Positions 12,462 through 23,411 of a stretch of DNA of 64,000 bases are shown here, one piece after another. The stretch is from NCBI GenBank assembly GCA_040954595.2, contig CM082583.2, forward strand, positions 342,542 to 406,541. Reading direction: 5' to 3'. The notes beneath the pieces are model-generated. The model ran no database searches. It was given only the letters and a program-made list of their open reading frames with translations, and was not told the DNA's origin. Each line of letters begins with the position of its first letter. Position 1 is the first letter of the stretch. Source of the DNA: Balanoglossus misakiensis (taxonomy: Eukaryota > Animalia > Hemichordata). The translations under genes were made by a program, and so were the position numbers.

Positions 12462-12712
12462 CTGGGTGGATGAAAATTGTCTCATGGAGATACTTGAAAC
12501 AGTCACATTGGGATGTGTCCTGCTTGCTGTGACAGTGGATACTGGTTGGTTTGGAAAAGCGGTAGGCTGGGCAGAAGGCATTGATGTCCTTTGAACTTGG
12601 CCCTGCATCTGGGGCTGACTTGGTTGAGTCAGTTTCTGTTGAGAGGACGACAGTTTTTTGTGGAGACTGACTTCCAATTTGACTTGGTTGTCCAGGTGAC
12701 ATGTGACAGATG
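12462..12712 (-). pseudogene. MED25: MED25-like Q/P/S/T-rich exon (251 nt, phase 1-0)
   Basis: gagtag|CA ... CAG|gtacac. Phases join the 13202-13387 and 11850-12030 exons; encodes ...LTQPSQPQMQGQVQRTSMPSAQPTAFPNQP... Confidence 0.5.
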
Positions 12713-13201
12713 CTACTCAAGGCATATACAAATACAAGATGGCGTAACTGAATCATAGTAATCTTTCTCATGGTTTTCATACACAGTAAGCTACCATGGG
12801 TATACCACACTTAACTACCAAGTCTGGATTTGTTGCAATCTGTCATGGATATCCCATAGGGTACTTTGACAGAGTAAATCAGACTGCATGAGTATTGGGT
12901 GATAAGTAATTATAACTTGGGTAATTAAAATAACCAGTGCCTGGGAAAGTCATTAAAACCTGCAACTTGATTTGACTTGGTCAGCCTATAAGTGCTTCCC
13001 ACTTGTTACAACTTAGGATACATCTGATTAAAGCCCATGAGGCTAAGTGATGTTTTTTTCAGGAGGTGCCCCTGCCTGAAATAAACATACCTTGGCAGAG
13101 CAGCTTTACATAATTCTACTATATATCACACTTCACTTGGAGGTGTAATTATGTGCGGACTTAATTTGACAATGGCTGGGAAGCAACACTGGAGACTTTA
13201 C

Positions 13202-13387
13202 CTGGAGATGATCTTCCAACAGTTGATTTGAGAGGATTTGAGGTCATACCAGAGGTAGGCCCTGTAACCATGGTAACTGTTGATGCAGGTTTCCGTGGAT
13301 GTGTTGTGGTAGTGGTTGTAGTGGTTGCTATGGTTGTAGGTTTCACTATGGCATCCTCTTTCGTATCACCACTAGACACAGATTTTT
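13202..13387 (-). pseudogene. MED25: MED25-like Thr-rich linker exon (186 nt, phase 1-1)
   Basis: tttcag|AA ... CCAG|gtaaag. Open frame EKSVSSGDTKEDAIVKPTTIATTTTTTTTHP...SSPG. Confidence 0.55.
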
Positions 13388-14274
13388 CTGAAACACAATC
13401 ATTACAAAAATGGAGGATTATAGAGTTGATGTAAAATTCTGCTGTGGATTCACACAATGTCACGAAACTTGTCTTGAACCTGTACCAGTGTTTCATCCAC
13501 GATTTAACCATGGAAACTGATTGCCCACCTTCCAACAATTTTCAGGAGGATGTGTAATTCATTGGCCACGCATTGAAATGATGGGGAATAATAGGCTTGG
13601 CTTGTGCAAGTACTGCAACAGAATACACTGCATCACTCGCGAAATAACTTCTGTAAGCCTCAGATCGTGTGCAGAGGTCATGAAGTTCTGGCATATTTAG
13701 TATTAGCCAACCAAGAGCGAATAATAATAATGTGTAATAAATATTAATAAAAATATTACAACCATTTTACGGAAGTACCGATTTAGGGTAATGAAAATTT
13801 TAACAACCACAAAAAAGGTGTTCTACATCACCACAATATGATGAATTGGTTGTCAATGGCCATGTAAACAAGTTGTATATTTGTCCTTTGAACTTTAGAA
13901 TCTGGATTTTATGATTTCAAATATTTGCTTAGCAACAGATACCCAAGCAGTCACGCAGTTACACCCATTGGAAAATGGTATCACCCACACCAAGGTGGGT
14001 GGAAGTTGGTCCTGGTGCTTTTTTTCCCATGATTCAAATTACAGTAAACGCCATATTAGAAATTCTGCCAACTTTCCCTCGATTTTGTAAAACAATCTGA
14101 CGACTTATACATGACGAATATTTTTTTTTCTGAAAGAGTGACCTCAAAGCTACCAAATTATGTAGAAATTACCTGGACCGGATTTCCCCTTTAAGGATAG
14201 ATTGTTCAAGACAAAAGTAATGGCTTGAATAGAATATTACATGCACATTTCTATTAAGGACACCTCTCTATTAA

Positions 14275-14629
14275 AGGGACAAAGTCTCTCTCTCGCTGCC
14301 CATTTTTCCATTAATAATGTTTGATACAAGACACTGTTTATGTTAATGTACATGTGTATATGTAGTGAATGAACGTTCAACCATACACAACTTCCATCCC
14401 GCGTGTATGATATGGGAGTAAAAACTCACCCAAAACGAATAAATGGTAGAGACTGATTATTCATTTTGGCGAGTTTTTTCACTCTCATGTCCACAAGCAG
14501 TATATACTTTGTGTGTGGTTGAATGTTGATTCACTATATATCCACATGTAGAATAACTTAAATAGTGTCTTGTAACAAATATAATTAATGGAATAAGGGG
14601 CAGCGAGCGGGAGAGAGAGCCTGTAACCC
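14275..14629. mobile_element. TTAA-flanked MITE (Kolobok-like), copy 1
   Basis: TTAA-AGGGACAAAGTCTCTCTCTCGCTGCCC ... GGGCAGCGAGCGGGAGAGAGAGCCTGTAACCC-TTAA. Second copy at 33734-34078. Confidence 0.7.
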
Positions 14630-14829
14630 TTAAAGGACATGTTGTGTGATCCCAGAGGTGCCCTTACTAGGCAGGTTTCAATGTACTTCACACGTGAGTT
14701 GTACTTTACTGTCGGTATGGAATCATTTCCTGGTTGACATGGTGAGCTTTACATACAGATAAACCACCTCAAAAAGTGGGGGCTATAACTAGAGAATGAT
14801 CTTTAACCTCAGAATTTTACCATAATTAC

Positions 14830-14928
14830 CTTGAATATCGTAAACTCTTCATATCGTCAAATAACTGCAATGCAGTACTCAGACCTTCAGAAATCATACT
14901 GTATTTCTCACCTGCTCCTGACAAAAAT
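14830..14928 (-). pseudogene. MED25: MED25 von Willebrand A domain exon (99 nt, phase 2-2)
   Basis: atttcag|A TTT ... TCA AG|gtaatt. Encodes [30 protein letters not shown], closely matching recalled human MED25 [30 protein letters not shown]. Confidence 0.88.
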
Positions 14929-15092
14929 CTGAAATACAACACAGTACAATTATTTAACAAAAGGTGTATGTAAACAATGTCTACTCCGATTGTAGACAGA
15001 TTTTGTTAAACATTTTATGAAACATTTAAAGGTAGGAACCTCTAATAAAAGCCAGTGAGTCAAAGGACAAAACTGAGACAATGTCCCTTTAA

Positions 15093-15177
15093 CCCTTTCA
15101 CCCCCTGTTCCTTCTATACAGGTTGAACCTTTTCATAGATAACAATGGGTTTAGACTGAACCTTGGTTGTGAAAGGG
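15093..15177. mobile_element. 85-bp piggyBac-type mini-MITE
   Basis: TTAA-CCCTTTCAC ... GTGAAAGGG-TTAA. Confidence 0.75.
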
Positions 15178-15228
15178 TTAATGGGCTTCCATAATGAGTG
15201 TTCTTTAAAATAAGAGGGTGTTACTTAA

Positions 15229-15337
15229 GGGTTATTACACTAAGTTTTGCCGATAACGCATCATATTTGAGTGATGTCCGTATTATGGACATCACGAGGA
15301 TGCATCACGTTATCGACCAAACTTAGTGTAATAACCC
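15229..15337. repeat. Long imperfect palindrome, probable element terminus
   Basis: GGGTTATTACACTAAGTTT ... AAACTTAGTGTAATAACCC with inner GTGATGTCC-N7-GGACATCAC. Confidence 0.75.
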
Positions 15338-15621
15338 CTTTATCATACATGAACAGTAACCCATTGCCAAGTGTGACAGGGTGATGCGATCAGGTGATCA
15401 ACGTATAGGCCGTAGTATCATTCTAAGAGGGTTGGTAGCTTTCATTATGATGGGGCATGTGATTCAGGTCCCCCCCCCATCTACCTTAGCTGAGCTTTGG
15501 ATCGCTTCGCCAAAGTTTATATGACAAGGGTGTTAGCCCATTCCTATAACATTTGGCTAGCTATATCGTTTATTATTAATGAATTAATTAATATGACTGA
15601 CTGACTGACTGACTGACTTAA

Positions 15622-17119
15622 CACTTTCGCTGCGGGAGGGCATTTTCTGCGCCGGCAGTCAGAATGCGGGAGGCGCATAAATGCGCCAAGATCGCGTCCG
15701 TTACTTGGTCTGTTCTATTTTATGTTCGTTGCTTATTTACTCATTTTGTATGACTATATATAGGACAGGGGTCAACCCTAATTGAGCATGCGCATATGTA
15801 TTGTAAACAATCAAGTCGATTTTGTCATCAAAGGGTTTCCTTATACAGCTGATTTTAGGTCGCCCCGATCATATTTTTTCATTCACTTGGTATTTAAAAA
15901 TGGCGACATGGGCAAAGTTTGGTGCCGACGAAGTTCTTGAACAAGTCTTTCAGGATAGTGACAGCGATCATAGCGATAGCGGAAGCCAAATTACGGACAA
16001 CAACATCATAGAACCAGAAATAGAAGCCAGACACGGAGACAACAGAGTAGAGACAGAGAGAGAGGGAGGGTTTTTGTCATGTTCTCGGACGTCGTAACGT
16101 TGATGGTGACACGCGGTGGGTTTTGTATGACGTAAATGACAATTACACACCGGACTGGTTGTTTGTATACGATCGTCGCTAAGGTTTATTAGTTGACACT
16201 GATGACTTTGCACCGGTTGACTTTTTTCAGCTGTTCTTTCCTGGTGATGTGTTTGAGTTGATGTCATTGTCAGAGCAAACTGATATGTACACCGCACAAT
16301 TTTTTGACAACCCTGCAATTGATGAGTTGCCCTTACGGTCAAGATTTCGCTAGATGCCTACTTCACTGAATTAAATGAAGGCGTAGGTTTCTTTGCAAAT
16401 CTTGATGGGACTTTGTCAGAAGTCTATGTTGTCAGAGTATTATATCCATTTGAAATGAATTGCCAAAACAGTACTATGCTAATGAATTTTTTTTAAATGT
16501 GTGTATATTCATATTTACCAACCTTGATTTCTTCAACTTGCAATTCATTAAAACGTAGAGTATTTAATAAATTACTTAATTAATTTATTTTATTATTATT
16601 ATTTATTTACAAGTTCAATCATTCACCTTTTCACTAATAATCTATATTTCTTTCTCAGATTTTAAACATGTATACATGTAAATGGTGGGCATGATTTGAT
16701 AATTGTTTTTATGGTCCATTAATAAATTTGATCAAATTTCTTGCTCAAAAGTCACTTGTTATTCCCTTTTATACAGGGGGAAGTTGTTTTTGACTATGTT
16801 TGTCTGTCAGCTGTGATACAATGAATTAAATACAGTATTTCAGTCACTTATATTACAATATCTGTTGTTTTTACCATATTTCGACAGAAATCCATTATGG
16901 CTGCCAGTGTCACATGACCAATTAATGGTCATGTGACCATTTTTCAGTTTTATTATGTTGGTTGTCTTATAAAATATACTTGCTGGAAATATCATTGCAT
17001 ATACTTTCATATTACAAGAGATAGAGAGGGTAAAGTAAAACATTGTTTATTAGTTAAATTTACCATAGGAAACTACGCACAGGAATACATTAGCATATAT
17101 TAACTACGCAGTGAAAGTG
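15622..17119 (+). mobile_element. piggyBac deletion derivative, copy 2 (1,498 bp)
   Basis: TTAA at 15618-15621 and 17120-17123; TIR CACTTTCGCTGCG/CGCAGTGAAAGTG. Near-identical reverse complement of 1436-4629 without the nested element. Confidence 0.95.
15900..16445 (+). pseudogene. piggyBac transposase N-terminal remnant (stops, frameshift, truncated)
   Basis: MATWAKFGADEVLEQVFQDSDSD... then PVDFFQLFFPGDVFELM...QTDMYTAQF...RSRFR*...MKA*VSLQILMGLCQKS, the typical PGBD/DDE_Tnp_1_7 N-terminal pattern. Confidence 0.8.
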
Positions 17120-17412
17120 TTAATGGATGAATGAATCAATCAATCAATCACCCAGACATGGCCTGGAAGGATTCACCCCCTGTTGAGATGTTGGCACCCC
17201 CTAGCAAATTGTCATGGGTGGGGTGGTCAGTGGCCCTTAAAATGATGTCACTCACATGATAGAGATATTAATTACATAACTCTTTTCCAGAGTGTGCTCT
17301 ATTTACAGTCAGCACTATATACAGATACATGTGTAAAGATATTTCAATTACTTTTGGAATCACAGGACAGTAGAAAGGTTGATTGAACAAAAGGTTTTTG
17401 AAATTCACTCAC

Positions 17413-17481
17413 CATGTATTGGAACAGCTCTTACAGACATCACATCATCATTCAACGCTAAATCTTCGTAACTTTTACATA
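17413..17481 (-). other. Candidate 69-nt exon (phase 1-1), unassigned
   Basis: ttaacag|TA ... CATG|gtgagt. Only one open frame (CKSYEDLALNDDVMSVRAVPIH); not recognisably MED25. Confidence 0.35.
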
Positions 17482-18469
17482 CTGTTAATATAAATATAAT
17501 TACTTTTCTTTAAATATCATCCAAATATTACAATGTTTCTAGCAATTTCATAAACTGCATTAAGATAATACTGTGTGTATGATATATACTTTGTGGATAG
17601 GATACAGATCTTTGCTTATTACCAAGAATATAACACCATGTGTTTGGATTTTAAATGCAGTTCGGAGCTGACTGTGTTGCATTTTGACTGCAAAATTAAA
17701 ATATTTAGTTACATTTCCTTGCATTTAGTGTTGAAAATGTCACTTTCAGCTTTAAAATGAGCACTGATATCTATGGAACTAGGAGAATTGTGCTTTCTGC
17801 AACATACAATATTTACATTTAATCAAACAACAGGAGGATATTTGACAGTCAATCAATAAATATGACATACATATGAGTTGCATGTACAAAACTAGACACA
17901 TGTATGCATGTGATATTTAAAGGGACATTAACTGTAACATATGCTCTACCCAGAACTCCACTTGTCAACATAATCTGTATGTGTGTAACGGCTATTTAAA
18001 TGAATTCTAGTCCAGACTTGAATTCAAATTTAGAATAACAATACTGACTAGACACACCTATATTTCATCATGATTCAGGGATCTGAAGAAGACACTGCAG
18101 TAAATACTTAAAACAAAAATATTGAAAACAAAGTGAAAAGTTGTACAGCTAATGAAGCTTGAAATATGTTCAGACACAAGTAGAACAGGCAATGAAAACA
18201 CATTATAAACATTGAGAAAAACACCCAAAGTAACATGTACTACCGGTATCTATGGGGGCTGTTCTGGTCAAAATTGTAGTTTATTACTAAAACATGTTAG
18301 AATTAATTTTATAAAGCCTGGAATTAATTTTACCAGTATGTAGAATTATTTTTTATGTGCTTTAATTATCTTTTGTAGTCATGCAGAAATCATTTTATGT
18401 GTTCTAAATAATTATTTTAGCTTATCTTTGTTAGAAATAATTTTGCCAACAATATCTCAAATAATTTTT

Positions 18470-18628
18470 ACGTGTACAATCGAATTAATTACAGGTGTAG
18501 TGTCGAATTAATTTTACGTGTTGTGTCGAATTAATTTCACGTGTAGTGTCGAATTAATATCACCTGTTTGGTCAAATTAATTTCACGTGTTGTGTCGAAT
18601 TATTTTACGTTGTGTCGAATTAATATTG
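18470..18628. repeat. ~30-bp minisatellite
   Basis: GTGTCGAATTAATTT-type unit repeated 5-6 times. Confidence 0.8.
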
Positions 18629-19182
18629 CCCTTAGAATCCTTTCCGCGTAAATCAAGATGGCGGCGGCTGAGCATGTCTTTCTCGCTGCATAAAGTTCAA
18701 AAAGGGGCCGTTGTACAAGTTGTGAGACGTTTTGGGGCGATTTGCTGTCTAATATAAATGCAGTGTGCTCGAAAACGACGATCGGTGCACGAGTTTTGGT
18801 CTACAGACAGAATTTTCTAGTCAAACCACTCAAAACCACTACCAGTTGGTGTAATCGCCAGCCTTGCTATGGTATAGCCCAGCTCTGCGTAAAGTGTTCT
18901 TGGCCGTGTAACGCCGGGAACACACAGACCTGTACGCAGAGCTAGCTGTTGCCCCGCGTTGCCAGTTCACCTAGATTGAATAAATTTTGACATCTGAAAA
19001 TATGAAAATTGTGTTAATTTGTTATTTCCCGAACTAAGAAATAGCTGTAGGGCCAGACCCTGGGAAACGACAAATAAAGTATTCCTTAATATTTCCTTGT
19101 AAACTCAAGTTTTGTGTAAATAAATTTGAATTAAAAGGACAAAGTCTCTCTCTACATAACCATATTTATTGGAAATTTGATA

Positions 19183-19846
19183 GCTTGCATTCTAGATTTA
19201 CCTCTGGAGGGGGGGGGGGGGGTGGGGCAAGAGAATTCAATTTTTTTACCGCTAAATTTCACATGCCCACCGTACACAACGAGAAATATTTTCAAATCCC
19301 CCCTTCCGAACTGCCAAAAATTTGAAATTCCCCCATTGTGTCCAAACACATCACCTATCTATCTTGTAAAAAAGAAAAACTTGTTTTTATTTTTTAAGTA
19401 TTTGTATTCTGTGCTGGGAGACATTGAAAAACCGAGAATTGAAGGGGATTTTATAAAATACAGAGCTCAAAGCTGCATTTTAATGAACCTGGCAAAAGCA
19501 AATTAACTCAACTACCGGTATGTTGGGGAGGACAAATTTAACTGTCGCCGCTCAAAGTTATCATTGGGTGGGGGCAAGACCACTGACCTGGGACACTAGA
19601 TAAACCAGTCAATGATTGAAAGGTGTTGATGAATGGAGGGGGTGGGTATTAGAAAATTTTGTAAAATAAAGGGCACAAAACTGTATTTTTGTGGACTCAA
19701 AATAAATATTTAGTCGTCAAAGTTTTCAAGTCGCCCCTTTCAGTCCCTAAATTATTTCAAATTCCCCCCTTACATACCCTCAATTTTTTTTCAAATCCCC
19801 CCCTCAATTCTCCCCCCCCCTGCAGAGGTGTTTGTGAATGCAGCCC
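19183..19846. mobile_element. MITE, diverged copy of 62955-63665
   Basis: Shares internal sequence and right end AGAGGTGTTTGTGAATGCAGCC with 62955-63665; left TIR is degenerate. Confidence 0.8.
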
Positions 19847-20789
19847 TACTGTCTATGTATCTCTGTTTACGTCTATGGTGTGGGGTAACACAGAAACATA
19901 AACAAGTACAGAGATTGTTCAGCAAGTAATGTTAATTGTAGAAAAAAGTATATCAGAACAGCGTTAATGCAAAGTTCCTCAAGAAAGAGGGACTTTAGTG
20001 CTTAATGTTAATAGCTCCTTATGGTGTAACTAGGCCTTTACCGATACCGGCGATGCCTCCACACCATAGTACCACAGCTCACTAGCATTGCCATAGGCAA
20101 TGCTGGCGATTATCCCAACTGCGTAGTGACTAGAAAATTCTGTCTGTAGACCAAAACTCGTGCACCGATCGCCGTTTTCTAGCACGGAAGAAAACGCCTA
20201 GAAAACGCCGTTTTCTAGGAGGAAGAGCTCCCTGTGGTCTTCCCATAAACGTTGGAATCACACTGCAGTGGTCGCCTGATTCAACCAGTAAAGGTCACAT
20301 GAGGTCATCAATTGTTGTCGGTTTTCTGGTTGAATATTCTCTGAAAGCACGCCTTAACATTGATATTTTGCAATTGGTGTCAGTAGTCATGAACTTTAAT
20401 GTATGGAGCATCACTCGGCCCCAGTTACTGAGTTGCGATAGGGCGAAATCAACAGCGGAAACTGATTGTCGATCGTCTATGTCTCAAGCTTACCTTGTTT
20501 ACGGACTGAATCAGGGGACTGCAGCAGCGTTATTTCGACGAATGTGATTCTACCCACACATTAAGTCGTGAAAACTATCTGTGATATCTTAAAACACACT
20601 AAATACTGTAATGTTTCAATACTCACTGCGCCAAATATGTATATAGGAATAATGATGGTGGACAGTGTGGGGGGCATGACTTGCAGAAAACAGCTGGTTG
20701 CTCGCTCCTTGGCTTCGCATGTTTTCCGCTATTCTTTCACAGAAATATTGACACTGTCCTGGATGTGTAACGAACACTGGCCAAGTAAC

Positions 20790-21085
20790 GTCCATAGAAA
20801 AGGCGACATTGGAGTTGACGACAGAAAAAATGTGCCATTAAAACGAACTGGCAGATTCGCTAGCCTGCATCTCAAATGTGTTTACAACGAAGACGCTGTA
20901 AGGGGTCAAAGTCTACGGGTCGAAGGTCAGCAACAGCGTCCTCGTGGGGTATATTCTGCGGGACAATCCCTCTTTCTGGAGTGTCCAACGGAAGAAGCGG
21001 GTGGGTCTGCTTCTTCCGCTGCTCTCTTTTTTGGGAGCGCAGCGGAAGAAGCAGAGGGGTCTGGGTAACCAAACTTGTTATCTGA
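20790..21085 (+). pseudogene. Possible decayed PH-domain coding remnant
   Basis: Across frames: KKCAIKTNWQIR* ... SLFLECPTEE / AEEAEG / VWVTKLVI, resembling the PH-domain W-x-x-R and final-helix EE...WV motifs. Confidence 0.3.
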
Positions 21086-21922
21086 GGTATACAAGAAACT
21101 TGAGTAAACAAGAGACAATTTCAAAGATCTTTGAAAACACAGATGAGAGCGAAATAGGTCGATAATAAAGGTCGCACCATTCTAGATTTCATGAAGTAAT
21201 TGTAACTAATAACCTGCAATTGCTGAATTTTAACGAAAAGAAATAAAAAAAATCAACAAACTGACTCTATTATGTAACGCTTTGTGTAAATTGGTACATT
21301 AGAGTTGAGTTGATATGCCGAATTATTGCAGAATATAACAGGAAATGGGATGGGAGAACCTCAGGCTACCATGACTACTGTTAGGCCTAAACACTTTATT
21401 TTCGCAAGTTGAAATTTTCGCGATATCGTGAGAGGCCACTGTTTTAATTCCCGAGTTTTAATATTCGCGTTCTCTTATTTCATTCACTGCATCGTCATCT
21501 TCAAAAAAATTACGCGACTTTTTATTTTCACGCTATTTTGGCTCGCGCGTATTTCGCGAAAATTTATTGTCTTTTACAGCATATACAAAGGAGTGGATTT
21601 CAGCTCCTAAAGTCAGGGGGTTCCAACACATTTCAGTTCATTCTACACCCTGTTCTACACTAATAAAGGAGTTCGTTCCAGAGTGGGGTCCAGCCTGGAC
21701 TACAGGCCTTGTCCAGTATATCCACGGTTGATCCTTTTTGAAATAAAGTCATAGGGCTATCATTGGCGTTTAAATCTACTCTACTCGTGTTCCCGTCTCT
21801 TCATCAACCGACATTCCGACCAGACTCTACGAATTTATCCCACCAATTATGGGCTGAGGGAAATATTTGCCATTTGGGGACAATTTTCTCTCCAAAATCG
21901 GCATGATCGGTACATAATGTTA

Positions 21923-22546
21923 GGGAGCATTCGTTTTTTACAGGGAGGGGGGGGGGTGGAATTTGAGTCGCCGACTAAATGTAAAAGGCAACCCCCCCCT
22001 CGAAATTACTTTTCTAAAATGTGTCCCCCCCCTAAATTCTTCAATTGTAAAATGTGACCCCCCCCCCAAAAAAAGAGTTTATCCTCCGGATTAAACTTGA
22101 AATCCCCCCCCCCCAGTTTCTTTCACAGAGCAAAACACATCACCTCTATATCTTGTAAAAAAAGAAAAACAGCGCTCCCATGAAAAGAATTTGAAACCGA
22201 TGTTTCCCCTCATCATCAAAACTGAACACTGTTTTTATTTTTTAAGTATTTGTATTCTGTGTTGGGAGACATTGTAAACCGAGAATTGAAGGGGTGGGTT
22301 TGGGAGGGGGTGTCCCCCTCCCACATTACAAAATTTTGTAAAATAAAGGGCGTGAAACTGCATTTTTGTGGACTCAAAATAAATATTTAGCCGTCAAAGT
22401 TTCAGTCAAGTCCCCCCCTTTCAGTCCCTATATAATAATCCCTTGATTATAAAATTTGTCCCCCCCTAAAAACTGCTTTGTAAAAGTAAACCCTCCTCCC
22501 TGATTTCCACCGCCCCCCCCACTCCCTGTAAAAAACGAATGCTCCC
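21923..22546. mobile_element. MITE with TTA TSD (PIF/Harbinger- or Zator-type)
   Basis: TTA-GGGAGCATTCGTTTTTTACAGGGAG ... CTCCCTGTAAAAAACGAATGCTCCC-TTA. Confidence 0.9.
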
Positions 22547-22999
22547 TTACGCATCCGAGCCTACTCGGTGTGAAAAAATGTTGATTCTGTAGGCCAGTGT
22601 AGGCCTAAATTGCTATCAAATACAAGTTTTAAATATCTCAAAATTCATGTTTGGGAATAAAACTTTTGCAGAGTTCGTCTATTAAAATATGAAAAGACGT
22701 TTTACTTTTACAGTTTTACTTTCCAGTACTGGTCTGTTCCCCCGCCCATTCCCACGCTGACTGCGCTATAGGCTAAAAGGAAAGGATGGCTTTGCTCGTC
22801 ACCGTGACTGTAGCGAAAGGGAATCGCTATATAACATCCGCTGTATTAGATACACTGCCCGGGGAAACTTTCATAGCAGTCTGGGCCATCTGGCCTTATA
22901 TATTACACGGCTTGCAATGAACACTCGTACTTGGAGCCAGCTGACAAAAAAACAAAACATGGCCTTGGGGGCGCTGTATAGTCGTGGTGTCATGGCGGG

Positions 23000-23385
23000 G
23001 CGATTTGAATCTCTGACTTCCATCGGTCGGATTGAATGGATCGCGAAGCCCTCAAAATGGAATATTATTCCTGAAATACTGCTTCCAAGTATTCGCCAGA
23101 GGTCCAGGTGCAAGTTTTATCATGAACAGTTCAAGTTTCTTGTGTATTTCTAGCGCAGGCAGTGGAAGTTGTCCAACGTAATGGAATTTTACACGATTGC
23201 GTCACAAGGTGTCATGGCGGACTTTATCTCTCTGACGAGAATATTCGGGATGGATGCCGTCACTGAACGCGAAGAATAGTATATTATGATTTGTGTGCGC
23301 GTTTGAATCCAAATGTTATGCTGGAGTCCCTCTGAAGATGTTACACAGTGTGCATGGAATATCGTTGGTCGACTTGAACGTTTCA
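23000..23385 (+). pseudogene. Possible decayed WD40-repeat exon (WDR49/WDR64/EFCAB8-like)
   Basis: Across frames: VMADFISLTRIFGMDAVTE / RRIVYYDL...MLESL* / VCMEY, ending at donor TTCA|gtgagt. Similarity is from recall only. Confidence 0.3.
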
Positions 23386-23411
23386 GTGAGTACATTAGGT
23401 CCTATTTAATT

